This document shows positions 9,974-20,286 of a stretch of 64,000 bases of DNA, piece after piece. This stretch comes from a virus: the IMG/VR virus record IMGVR_UViG_3300024999_000042, one strand, 5' to 3'. The first letter of the stretch is position 1; each line of letters begins with the position of its first letter. Both the position numbers and the translations under genes were made by a program. Below the pieces are notes generated by a model, which was not told where the DNA came from, made no database searches, and saw nothing but the letters and a program-made list of their open reading frames with translations.

Positions 9974-12900
9974 TTAAGAGTATGAGAATACAAAATCGAA
10001 ATCCGAATCGTCTTCTTCATGCTCTAAAAACATAGCAATATAATACAGAGCGTAAACCGTGGCAGAATAACGGTCTTTATCTAGTCTTTTAATAACTGGT
10101 TCTACCGTTACAGCAGTTTGAGTTTTCTTTAATTTTAAATTTGCTACTTCATCAATTAATAATTGAACTTGAGTACATGCTAATTCATAGTTAAGCAAAT
10201 CAGCCTCTTTTAAATCTTTTGGCAAATCATCCTTAATATCATCATAAGTTTTAATTAATTTTAGTGTGTTTGATTCAACATAATTAATAAAAGTTCTAAT
10301 GATATCACCATTTATCCCTTGTGCCTTTAAAACATAAAGCATCTTTGGTGCATTAGAAGTTTTAGATTTATCTTCTGTATTTATAGTTGCCCATGCACCA
10401 TATTCTTTATTTGTTTCAAAGTCTGTAACATCTTCAAGCAATTTTTCAACTAAACCCTGTCCAATGGTGTTCCCGTCGATTATTACAGCTTTTACTCTTG
10501 ATTTTGTTAAATCTAAGTTGCCACCATATTTATAAAATATTCTTTTGACTATTACAGACTGTTCTTCATAATTCAATCCATTCGGTGGATTTATTATGTT
10601 GTGTAATTGAATTTGCCTAATAGAACCACTTTCATTTCTAATAATTTTTAAAACTACTATAGAAGTTTTATTATTACTTTCAGATGCACTTCTTGCAACG
10701 TCTACTCCAATTACATATTCGCATATATCTAAATTTCCTTTTTTATCTCTCGGACATTCCATTTCAGGAGGAGAAACAACTCTTGCTTTAATCAATTTAC
10801 TGATATTAATTAATGCCCCATCACTTACTCCTACCCAGTCACATAAATAATTCTGTTTAAATCGAATAATATTACTTTTTCTTGCTTTATCAATTACCGA
10901 TTTTTTTTGTCTACCAAAATGAACGGGGATAAACCAATCTGAACCGAATACAAAAGTTCCTTTTAAATCATTCATGTCTCTTGACATAGTTAATATTTTA
11001 GAAAACTCATCTGAATTTTTATATCCAGATGTAGAATATCTATTTATTGCACCATTTAACTCTTCGGGATCTATATCTCCAGTCATTGTTGTCCTTGCCA
11101 TATTAAAAATTGGCTCAATACAATCATCATAGGTATCTTTGTCAATTAATGCAGATTCTTCCAGACCGCCTCTCCTACGTCTCAAACCTTTGCTTTGTTG
11201 GCTATTTGCAAGATTGTCTACTACTGCACCGTTTACAAACTCTACTCTTCCACTATCTTTAGAAAAATTAGCCGATCTTATATTCGGTGCAAAATCAGGA
11301 TAGAATCTTAATAGTTCATCATGCTTATCTTTCCAAATCTTAACCGCAGATTCTTTGGTGGACGCAGTAATTGATAAGGTGATATTTGGGAAACAACAAG
11401 CCGTATGATATTGAGACATAATATGAATCTGAGTGTTATGACTAATCAAACCATTGCTTACAAAAGAATTTGTTTCTGGCATGTGAACATCATATACATA
11501 ATTCTCACTATTCTCTATATTTGTAACCTCAGAATAAAAATAATTTAACTGCAATAATTTTAATAGTTCATTCCATTCAGCACATTCTTTATTTGTAAAG
11601 CTTTCTTCTGCACTCAATAATAGATTTAATTTTTCATATGTAAGTTGGTTGTTGCCCTTTAATACATGATAAAATTTATCCCTAGTATATCCTCGTGGAT
11701 AAATTTTATTTATATTGTTGATTTGATGAGGGATTATGTCTTTATTAGGGTTCCTTTTAACTTCGCAACTTGAAATTAATTTACTTTGCTTTCTTCTACA
11801 ACTAAACCCTATTTCTCGAAGAAATATATCAGCATTTAATGATGATATAGTAATAATATAATGATATGTTTTAAATTTTTTATCATATTGTTTATCTCTT
11901 CTCGATATTATACCCAAATTTAGTAAAAGCATTTGAACTTGTTTTCCCATTTTTTCTGAAGCTGTGCAAAGTTGAACCTTACCTGCAACTACACATCCAT
12001 CAGTATCAAATAATCCTTGTAGCGTTTTTACAACTATATTTTTAGGTGCGGACATTATTAATTGTGGAATTTCTTTTGTAAAAGCATTAGATTGTTTTAA
12101 CCCCATATGATTAAATATTTCTCTAACTCCTTTTCCACAAATATAATAATTTATTTTATCTTTTTGTTTGACTTTCATATTCAATTCTTTTTCAAAGTAA
12201 TCCCTAAAATTATTTAAAATATCTTCATCTTCATTTGTAAACCAAATAGAATTATCTCTTGTTAAACTACCATCTCCTAATAAATATCCTATTATCAAAG
12301 CTAATTTTTCAGTTAATTCTGTTGGTATTATTGGCATATTTCTTTTAATTTGCCATGAAGAATATTTGTTAAGAGAATTAAAATAATTTTCAGTATTGAA
12401 ATTAATTTTTGTATTTTTGCCCCATACATCATTATTTCTTGAAATAGCCAAAAAATCGCCAATTTTAATGTCCTCTGAATTTTTATATTTCAAAGTTCCA
12501 TTTTCACACATCACTAATAATGGATGGTTTTCTGTACTCTCAATATAATATCCTTCTTGTGTATTTATTATTTTTGTTTTTCTTAATCCACTTGAAACAC
12601 CAGCAATAGAATTTTCCATATCTCCATATTTATTCTTCATTTTTATGTTGTGAATTTGTTCAAATTCCTCATTACTTTTATCATAATTAAAATATAATCC
12701 AATTTCTTCCAAACCATTTTCAGTAAATATAATCGTATCACCAGATACGCATTTGGAAATTCCTCTAGGTGCACAAAAGTAATTTTCAGGGAATCGGGAT
12801 AATAATCTAAGCATAACCCTCTGATGTAAATCAAAATTCATACCACCACTCTCAGGCTTGTATAAGTCCCAAAATATATCTGGCATCCAACGCAGATATG

Positions 12901-13054
12901 AACACAATTCTGAAAATTCTTGTATGTTTTTTGAAACTATGGTTGAATTGTATTCAGATTCTTTTATAGGTGATTCAAATGCTGATTCATATATATCATA
13001 TCTATCATGTTCATTTTTTTTATTTTTGTTTTCAAAGTTATTATATCCTGCCAT
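9974..13054 (-). CDS. terL: terminase large subunit containing an intein
   Basis: Walker A PRGISK/T split by an intein; GLRRRRGGLEES Walker B region; nuclease motifs IGVDVAR, IDGNTIG, KDRYSA. Confidence 0.92.
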   Translation of the reverse strand: MAGYNNFENKNKKNEHDRYDIYESAFESPIKESEYNSTIVSKNIQEFSELCSYLRWMPDIFWDLYKPESGGMNFDLHQRVMLRLLSRFPENYFCAPRGISKCVSGDTIIFTENGLEEIGLYFNYDKSNEEFEQIHNIKMKNKYGDMENSIAGVSSGLRKTKIINTQEGYYIESTENHPLLVMCENGTLKYKNSEDIKIGDFLAISRNNDVWGKNTKINFNTENYFNSLNKYSSWQIKRNMPIIPTELTEKLALIIGYLLGDGSLTRDNSIWFTNEDEDILNNFRDYFEKELNMKVKQKDKINYYICGKGVREIFNHMGLKQSNAFTKEIPQLIMSAPKNIVVKTLQGLFDTDGCVVAGKVQLCTASEKMGKQVQMLLLNLGIISRRDKQYDKKFKTYHYIITISSLNADIFLREIGFSCRRKQSKLISSCEVKRNPNKDIIPHQINNINKIYPRGYTRDKFYHVLKGNNQLTYEKLNLLLSAEESFTNKECAEWNELLKLLQLNYFYSEVTNIENSENYVYDVHMPETNSFVSNGLISHNTQIHIMSQYHTACCFPNITLSITASTKESAVKIWKDKHDELLRFYPDFAPNIRSANFSKDSGRVEFVNGAVVDNLANSQQSKGLRRRRGGLEESALIDKDTYDDCIEPIFNMARTTMTGDIDPEELNGAINRYSTSGYKNSDEFSKILTMSRDMNDLKGTFVFGSDWFIPVHFGRQKKSVIDKARKSNIIRFKQNYLCDWVGVSDGALINISKLIKARVVSPPEMECPRDKKGNLDICEYVIGVDVARSASESNNKTSIVVLKIIRNESGSIRQIQLHNIINPPNGLNYEEQSVIVKRIFYKYGGNLDLTKSRVKAVIIDGNTIGQGLVEKLLEDVTDFETNKEYGAWATINTEDKSKTSNAPKMLYVLKAQGINGDIIRTFINYVESNTLKLIKTYDDIKDDLPKDLKEADLLNYELACTQVQLLIDEVANLKLKKTQTAVTVEPVIKRLDKDRYSATVYALYYIAMFLEHEEDDSDFDFVFSYS
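11435..12751 (-). mobile_element. 439-aa intein with LAGLIDADG endonuclease in the TerL Walker A motif
   Basis: Begins CVSGDT, has block B STENHPL, LAGLIDADG helices IIGYLLGDG and LQGLFDTDG, ends VYDV..NGLISHN followed by Thr. Confidence 0.95.
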
Positions 13055-13055
13055 A

Positions 13056-14105
13056 TCATTCGCCTTCTTCGTAGATGGGTTCTTTATAAACCTTTCCTAA
13101 ATCTCTAAAAATACCATTTCTTTTATTTTTCTCATTCTTTATTTGGTCTTCTGTAAAACCTTGATTGTTAAAAAATTCATTAAGCATTTCATCATAAAAA
13201 GTCCATATCTCTCTATATTCAATCCTAGATTTATCTTCTAACCTTCTGTTATAATTTACAATACACCAAATAATTAAATCTGCATCATCCATTGGTTGTT
13301 CTTTTAATTTTGGTAAAATTGAAATTATACCGACTTTTGCCTCAACTGCTTCAAATAATTGTGGTAATAATTCTACTCCACCACTAATGTCAGATTTAGA
13401 TAATTGAGAAACATTGATTTTTGCTGCTGTGGCAGAGTCCTTTGCCAAAGAAGCCCATTCTTTTGCCTCTTTTACATCTCCTCTGGCAGTAGCAAGTTCT
13501 TCTTTAACTCTAAAACGAATATACGTTATTAATCCTTCTATATGAAAAGAAGTTTTTTCGCCATAATTATCTATAAGCTTATTCCACTTCTTTTCAAAAT
13601 AATTATATTCATCTGATTGGTATCCAAATCCCCATTTTTCAATTATTTCATCTGTAAGAATAAAGTTAGGTTGTTTTGACGAAATATTATTACTTATATT
13701 CTGCTGGTCTAATGAATTATCATAATTTAACTCACTATTTAATTGTGGCCTAAAAACAGAATCTTTCCATGTTAATTCCCTGTTTTGCTTTAAGCATAAG
13801 TTTTTCATGTACGCACCAAAAGTATCTGACTTATCTTCTAGTGATATTTTGTAAAGATCAAAAATAAATGGTCTATCAATCAATTGCAACGTTGACTGTA
13901 ATTTATCTAAAGTTACATTTCCGTTATCATCACTTATCATCTTTTTTAGACATGATTTACAATAGGGTATACGTCCAGAAGAATGGATTTTATTGTAACT
14001 AACATAATAATCTCTTTCATTTTTTAAGTTTGTACAAGCAGCACAAGTTAAACTTAACTCTTTTTTTGGAATATGCGGTTTTACTGTTTTTCCAACTCTA
14101 GGAAT
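13056..14105 (-). CDS. Zn-finger protein upstream of terL (YonG-like; possible small terminase)
   Basis: CAAC...PYCKSC; IIEKWGFGY. The likely start is ATT at 14105 after a GAGGTG RBS (track start 14114). Confidence 0.6.
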   Translation of the reverse strand: MPRVGKTVKPHIPKKELSLTCAACTNLKNERDYYVSYNKIHSSGRIPYCKSCLKKMISDDNGNVTLDKLQSTLQLIDRPFIFDLYKISLEDKSDTFGAYMKNLCLKQNRELTWKDSVFRPQLNSELNYDNSLDQQNISNNISSKQPNFILTDEIIEKWGFGYQSDEYNYFEKKWNKLIDNYGEKTSFHIEGLITYIRFRVKEELATARGDVKEAKEWASLAKDSATAAKINVSQLSKSDISGGVELLPQLFEAVEAKVGIISILPKLKEQPMDDADLIIWCIVNYNRRLEDKSRIEYREIWTFYDEMLNEFFNNQGFTEDQIKNEKNKRNGIFRDLGKVYKEPIYEEGE

Positions 14106-14143
14106 AGGTCTCACCTCTTTTTAATTAAATAAAGAAGAAGTAT

Positions 14144-15370
14144 TTAACCAACTTCTTCTAAATCTTTATATTTACCATTAATATAATCTTCCTTAAATTC
14201 ATTAAACTGTTCTACATTATTCTCACCATACCCGTAAACTTTGTGGAAAAGTGCATGAATATCACCAGTCAAACACACTCCAACGCCATGAATCTTATGT
14301 AATCTGGCACATTCATTTTTAATCAATATTAACTCAGAATCTTCATATTCATTAATAAATCTTCTTTTTTCAATATTTAAGTTATCAAATATCTCATTAA
14401 ATATTTTATCAAATCCATATAAATGATGAATTACATCAAATCGTTTATTAGTTACAACACATTTGTAATTTGATGCTATCATCGATTCTTTCTTCCATTC
14501 TGTAATAGAATCTCTTAAAATTGAATTTATTTCAGAGAAACCACCCTTCCAATTATAATTATTTTCTCCACTTAATCTATCATTACTACATAATGTACAA
14601 CCTAATGAGTTAGACATTCCACTATAAGTTGCAGTTTGAATTATCCCTTTATGTATCGGACACTCATATTTTAATTCAGAATGATTATTTATATAATCCT
14701 CTTCGTTTGACAATAAAATTGTATTCTTTATTTTAAATAAATTTTCGACTTCATTAAAATCTTTCCTTCTTGACTCACTTAATTTGTCCCAAGCACAATA
14801 TTTACAATCTTGATTCTTATATTTAAAATTAGCATATAATATTGATTGAACTCCTTTGTCTTGATGCTTGTTGCAAATAAAATCCATATATGATTTTGTA
14901 TTTTCATATGTTTTGCTTAATAATACTAAATTTCTTTCTTTAAACTCTTCGTCAATTTCATCAATATTATATTTAGAATTTGTTATTGAAATTTTATTTC
15001 CAACTCCGGCAATTTGTGGACTATATTTTACTCCATTTTTAATAAAACATATTTCCTCTTGTTTTTTATGTTTACATTTTCCACAAGCATCTTTTGCTAT
15101 TGGTTGTGTTCTTCTAGTTTTATTATACTCACTATATGGTTTTGAAATTATAGTTTCTATACCATCTTCGTGACAATAATCGCAAGACACGTTTACTTTT
15201 GCGTTACTATTCTCCTGTAAGTCGCATATCTTTACTGTAATTTTTGATCCTTGGATAATACGTAATCTACCTCTATTATCTAATTCTTTTGGAATTTTGT
15301 ATCCCAAATTCTCATAATATTTTACTGATTTACCATTTAACCCTACTTCTACTTCTGTACTAATTAACAT
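14144..15370 (-). CDS. putative HNH-type homing endonuclease
   Basis: Repeated Cys/His zinc modules (CDYC, CNKH, CPIH), NYNWKGG, and a C-terminal CVVT..VIHH...GVCL...HALFH HNH-like domain. Confidence 0.75.
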   Translation of the reverse strand: MLISTEVEVGLNGKSVKYYENLGYKIPKELDNRGRLRIIQGSKITVKICDLQENSNAKVNVSCDYCHEDGIETIISKPYSEYNKTRRTQPIAKDACGKCKHKKQEEICFIKNGVKYSPQIAGVGNKISITNSKYNIDEIDEEFKERNLVLLSKTYENTKSYMDFICNKHQDKGVQSILYANFKYKNQDCKYCAWDKLSESRRKDFNEVENLFKIKNTILLSNEEDYINNHSELKYECPIHKGIIQTATYSGMSNSLGCTLCSNDRLSGENNYNWKGGFSEINSILRDSITEWKKESMIASNYKCVVTNKRFDVIHHLYGFDKIFNEIFDNLNIEKRRFINEYEDSELILIKNECARLHKIHGVGVCLTGDIHALFHKVYGYGENNVEQFNEFKEDYINGKYKDLEEVG

Positions 15371-15660
15371 CTTTCTAACCCTTCTTTCTGCAAATTATAT
15401 TTCCCTCTGCACTAACCACTAAAAAGTAAATAGAAGATAGGGTGCAGAGTCAGGGTGATCAAGCCCTAAAAACCTATCTTCCAATCCACATATTCCTGTG
15501 AATAACAAATAATCCAAACATTTCTGCTTGGATTATCGACTTACCCACAAAACTTTATCTATATCTATCCAATTTATTCCCATCCACACACAAAACGCCT
15601 GATTGCTCAAGCGTTTTATAACTTAAAAAATATTATTTATATAAACATAAAACATTAAAT

Positions 15661-16447
15661 CTATTCCTCATCCACACCAACTAAAACATCATCAATCATT
15701 ATATATCCCTTTTTAATCAAGAAATTCCATAACCAATTTATCCCTTTTGGAGTTACTTTAGTAGTAGAAGATAATTTTGTTTTACCATACCCATTATCAA
15801 ATGTACTAGTTTTTAAAACCATACAACCATTATCTATATATTTTTGTTGAGGATTATTCTTTTCTGCTCCATATGTCATAAGAACATGTTCGTCGCGAAG
15901 AATCTCAAATAATCTATCACGACCAATTGATTTACCTTTTCTTATTTTTTCATTAAATAGTTTTGCAACTTCTCCAATATTCTTTTGTCCATCACAAATG
16001 AATAGTCTGTCTGCCATTTCTACTAATGGTTTCTGTTCTTCTATTTTAGCTTCGAGCAAATATGTATGAGATTTAAGATTCTCTATTGTTTTATTTGCCA
16101 TATTTAAAGCCCTAGCCATTACTGCTTCAGGAGAGTTCCATTTCTTTTCTAATTCTATAAAATATTGCCTAGCTAATTTGCCTTTTATCACTTCTTTGAA
16201 TCATAGAAATTTCTTTTGCCATTTCAACTGTCATTTGATGATTATTATAGGTAGTTTCATTGCCCTGGGCTGTTAGTCTTTTTTGACTAATAGCTATATA
16301 ATCAGTAATTTCAGTAAATCCATATTCACACATTCTATCAAACCACTTTGTATACTGAGTTCCAACCTCTAAAAATTCATGTAATTCTCTTCCTAAAACT
16401 GTTTGATTTTCTCCATTATAGTTTACTGTTATTAAATTATTTTCCAC
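15661..16447 (-). pseudogene. phage antirepressor (AntA/AntB N-domain + KilAC/ANT C-domain) split by a 1-nt frameshift
   Basis: ORF 16169-16447 (GRELHEFLEV, MAKEISMIQR) and ORF 15661-16191 (GKLARQYF, VTPKG) join if one A is removed from GATAAAAGGC at ~16183-16186. Confidence 0.8.
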
Positions 16448-16490
16448 TCTAAATTCCTTCTTTCATTTTTATTTTGTCAATCATAAATAA

Positions 16491-16748
16491 TCATCTATTT
16501 CTAACACACCACTGACTGTACACATCTGAGCTATCGTTAAACCCAAATTTAAACCAGACTCTTTTTGTTTTAGGATGAATCCCTGTGGATTTTGCCATAA
16601 CCCCATTTTCCATATAGAATGATGCTTGCTCTGGATTATAGATAAATACATATCTTTCTTCATCCTTATTTTCTTGTTTATTTTGTTCTGTCATTTTTAA
16701 ATCACTTCCTTTCAAACATAAATTTGCATAACTTATTTTGTTACACAA
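16491..16748 (-). CDS. small phage protein (DUF5659-like)
   Basis: YVFIYNPEQASFYMENG; probable start at the internal MTEQ. Confidence 0.45.
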   Translation of the reverse strand: MCNKISYANLCLKGSDLKMTEQNKQENKDEERYVFIYNPEQASFYMENGVMAKSTGIHPKTKRVWFKFGFNDSSDVYSQWCVRNR

Positions 16749-16898
16749 AAATACTCCTAACGAAAGCTAGGAGCACTATCTATAGCAAAATATTTAGTTT
16801 AAATTATTACAAAATAAAACTTAGATTTTATTTTATATTTATAACTCCACAAGTTATAAATCAATAATATAACCTATATAGTTATAGAGCTATATTAT

Positions 16899-17423
16899 CT
16901 AATCCTCTAAGAAATCTTTTATCTCTTGTTTCATTTCAAGTTTTCCAAGTTTTTTAAAAACAAGCAATGTATTAACCACACTTTTTATTGCACAATCAGT
17001 ACAACCATTAAGGATAACTTCAACACATTGATCAATTAAATCTTCTTCTCTTTCTTGATTGCATTCTTGACAAAAACATTCATCTTCATCAAATTCTCCA
17101 CGAGATTCACAGCAATCATCGCACTGACAAGGGAATTCTAAATATCCATCTGTATTACCATTTTCAACTTCACAATTATCATCACAACATGTACATTCAA
17201 AATCTGGACAATCTTCATTATCCTTACATTCACAACACATACAATAAGAAGTTTCCTCAATTTCATCCATATCTTCTACTTCATAATCATCTTCCAAACA
17301 TTGCTCTACTTCAAGTTCCCTGAAATATTCTTCTCCAGAACAAGATTCTCCATCAACTGAAAATACTTCATACCACTTACCTTCTTTAATATCCCACATA
17401 GATTGAGTTGAAAATACACGCAT
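16899..17423 (-). CDS. Cys/Asp/Glu-rich hypothetical protein
   Basis: 174 aa with many CxC/CC/CxxC motifs in an acidic background. Confidence 0.65.
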   Translation of the reverse strand: MRVFSTQSMWDIKEGKWYEVFSVDGESCSGEEYFRELEVEQCLEDDYEVEDMDEIEETSYCMCCECKDNEDCPDFECTCCDDNCEVENGNTDGYLEFPCQCDDCCESRGEFDEDECFCQECNQEREEDLIDQCVEVILNGCTDCAIKSVVNTLLVFKKLGKLEMKQEIKDFLED

Positions 17424-17478
17424 ATATTTTTATTCCTGCCTTTATTGTTTTATTTTTGTAATAAATCCTAAACCCTAA

Positions 17479-17964
17479 TTATTCTTCTTCAATTACATCA
17501 AATTGACTCATAAAATTATCCAATTGCACATCCAACTGAGCAGAAACTTTAATCATACTATTTCCAAGTTGACTATATATTTCAGTAGATGTTTCTAAAC
17601 CAGTCTTTGTTTTTATTGCGTCTATGTAATTAGTTAATAATTCCTTTGCTTCATAATCATCCATTTCTCTAATGGTATAAATTATATCTAACAATTCTTG
17701 ACATTGAGGGCAATCGCATTCTTCATTAGACTCATATTCGGAATCGTTAGAATTATATTTATTGATATTAGTGACATTACTAGGTTTGGGAGGATTACTA
17801 TTTTCAGGACTTCCATTCATTTTAGGTAATGGAGGTAGAATATACATGGTTTCATCATTCAATATTGCATTGTATATTTCTTCAGTTACAAATTTATTGT
17901 TAATTTTATAATCTAATTGACCATTATCAATAATCTTTTCGAACAGTATCTTCTCAAATGCCAT
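17479..17964 (-). CDS. hypothetical protein with CxCxxC motif
   Basis: 161 aa, ECDCPQC. Confidence 0.6.
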   Translation of the reverse strand: MAFEKILFEKIIDNGQLDYKINNKFVTEEIYNAILNDETMYILPPLPKMNGSPENSNPPKPSNVTNINKYNSNDSEYESNEECDCPQCQELLDIIYTIREMDDYEAKELLTNYIDAIKTKTGLETSTEIYSQLGNSMIKVSAQLDVQLDNFMSQFDVIEEE

Positions 17965-17994
17965 TTTGATTTACCATTTAACCTTTCGTTGTTA

Positions 17995-19209
17995 TTACTT
18001 TAAATTACAATCATATGCCAATATAAAACCCTTGTCACCAACAATCGTGATTGTCTGACTAGTTTCTCCTACATAGCGATGATTAGTACAATACTCATCG
18101 TGCGTTACCCATACACCACTAGTAATCACCTTGCATCTGTCTACAGTTAAAATCTCAAAGACATGCTTATGGCCTAAGAATATCATCTTAGGTTTCTTAT
18201 CTAATAATCCTAACATTTGACTAGGAGCATTCTTTGTATTTCCGTAATCTCCATGGTACAAACAACAATAATTATCTTTAATATAAAACTCTGCAATCGT
18301 ATTATCTAATATAGATTTCTCAAACTTAACATTCTTTAAATTTGCAGTTCTTAATTCCATGAATTCTAATACAAAGTTCTCATATCTATCCTTGTTCTCT
18401 GATTTATCTTTAAATTCATTATTCCTACTATGATTTCCAGTTACAAAATGCACAACAATATCTTCAAAATGATTACTCAATTTCTCAATAAACTTAGACA
18501 TATATTCTGAAAATCTTTTAGTTTGTTCTACTATTCCATATTGATTATTCCTTACAATTGTTTCATGAATGATTCCACTTAGGGCATCGCCTGAGAAACA
18601 TAAATGACATTTATTAGTCTTTTCCTTCTTCTGAATTTCTAAGATTTGTAAAGTATAATTTGCTAATCTTTCAAGAAAGACAGTTTCATTATATTTCTCA
18701 AATTCATTGTCTACAGTTAAGCCGAAATGTGGATCTGAAATCTGAATTACCATTTCATTATCTTCACTATGTAAATGTTCTGGCTTAATAAATACCAATG
18801 GTTTTAAATCTTTAACTGACTCTTTAATCAAGTCATTTAAAGATTCTTTTCTTGCTAAATTGCGTATATCTTTATTTATAGAAGTTCTTAAATCTTGAAG
18901 TTTGACTCTTTCCTTCTTTAATTCTATTTCCTTTAAGTCTAAATCAGAAATTTTCTTATCAACAATTGTATCTTTAACATTATCCACAATTGTATTCAAT
19001 TTCTTTAATGTCCCATCGCGATCCTGTCTCTTTTTGATAAACTGTCTAAAATGTTCACCTGTCTTAAAAGGATAATCATGATGTTTATTTAAATCATTCC
19101 ATGAAGGTGTTTTAGTATTAAAAATACTTTTATATTTATCTCTATTATTTTTGAAGTCTACGCCTATAATGTAAAGTTCATTTTTATCTTTAGACATTAA
19201 TAACCTCAA
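17995..19209 (-). CDS. calcineurin-like metallophosphoesterase (YonJ-like)
   Basis: Motifs SDPHFG, GD, GNH, HGD, GHKH. Confidence 0.88.
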   Translation of the reverse strand: MRLLMSKDKNELYIIGVDFKNNRDKYKSIFNTKTPSWNDLNKHHDYPFKTGEHFRQFIKKRQDRDGTLKKLNTIVDNVKDTIVDKKISDLDLKEIELKKERVKLQDLRTSINKDIRNLARKESLNDLIKESVKDLKPLVFIKPEHLHSEDNEMVIQISDPHFGLTVDNEFEKYNETVFLERLANYTLQILEIQKKEKTNKCHLCFSGDALSGIIHETIVRNNQYGIVEQTKRFSEYMSKFIEKLSNHFEDIVVHFVTGNHSRNNEFKDKSENKDRYENFVLEFMELRTANLKNVKFEKSILDNTIAEFYIKDNYCCLYHGDYGNTKNAPSQMLGLLDKKPKMIFLGHKHVFEILTVDRCKVITSGVWVTHDEYCTNHRYVGETSQTITIVGDKGFILAYDCNLK

Positions 19210-19256
19210 TCTATATTTATTTTCATTTTAAATTAATCATTATCGACCTTGTGATT

Positions 19257-19403
19257 TTATATTTCTTCCCAAAACGAACAATCTTGACAATATAATATCG
19301 TCTTACCACAATAAAATTTTAAATAAAACCTATTTTTACCACAAGTAAGACTTGGGCAAGTTGTATCTGCGTTTTCTATATCATAAGTTAATTCATAATT
19401 CAT
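19257..19403 (-). CDS. 48-aa zinc-ribbon protein (not in ORF track)
   Basis: AGGAGG RBS; MNYELTYDIENADTTCPSLTCGK...YCQDCSFWEEI. Confidence 0.6.
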   Translation of the reverse strand: MNYELTYDIENADTTCPSLTCGKNRFYLKFYCGKTILYCQDCSFWEEI

Positions 19404-19859
19404 ACATTTTTAATCCTCCTTATAAAATAAGAGAATATTAAATTATTAAGGGATACCTAATATGAATTTAGATATCCCAATCGGCCTTACGCCTGGTAAT
19501 TATATGAAGACAGTTTATGAAACTTCTTCCACATTAGATGGTAGGACTATAAAAATAGCACGCCATCAAACAGAAATTAATCTATTCGATTGCGTTATGA
19601 GCAAAACTTATCCTACATTAGTTTTTCTGAGCAATATGAAACAATATTAAAGCACAGTTTTTATATAAGTTATTACTGCTAAACTTATTTAGTTTATTAA
19701 TATTGGAGAGGCCACTCGTGCCTCCCACTTTTTGAATCAGTAATTTAAAATCTTCCCACTCGTGAAAGATATTTTTGAAATTATATCTAACCAAAAGCAT
19801 TACAAGACAAGACCATTTAAAATATTTATTAATTATATTATCCATACCAATTTATTATT

Positions 19860-20270
19860 AAAATCATTCTCTTATTTCTAAGAGAGCATTTCAAAAATAC
19901 TATATTATTTCTAATATTTGTTCTTGTTTTTAGAATTTAATTCTAAAGAATGGCGTGATTAGCGAAGTGATTTACGTATTTTTGTATTGGTGTACTAATG
20001 TCATATCGAATTTGTGAATAATGAATTTATGTTTTGTGAAATGATTAGCGACTTATCTTTACTGTTAAGTAAAATCTGCTTGTTTTCATGTTTCCAGTTT
20101 CAAATGTATAAGATTTATGTAAAGTTACATAATCTTGCATTATTTAATTTGAATTTACATCTGAAATTAATCCAGATGTGTTACAAATAAATAGTCTATA
20201 TCTTGCTTTGCTTTTGGCTAGTTGTTTAATAAGAGAATATGTGGTTAGGCATATTCTCTTATTAATTGTC
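19860..20270 (-). ncRNA. candidate structured ncRNA with periodic repeat array, downstream of the coiled-coil gene
   Basis: Chain of hairpins (20226-20265, 20157-20179, 20110-20136, 20058-20073, 19927-19948) flanking 7-8 nt C-initiated repeats at 19948-20052. Confidence 0.5.
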
Positions 20271-20286
20271 ATTGTTAATTGTTGGA

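Noticed and set aside
19462-19845. Track ORFs 19462-19650 (+) and 19618-19845 (-)
   Set aside because: No convincing RBS or protein features; they overlap hairpin-rich sequence.
19948-20052. Periodic array as CRISPR or microsatellite
   Set aside because: Units are 7-8 nt and divergent, with no spacers and no exact tandem identity.
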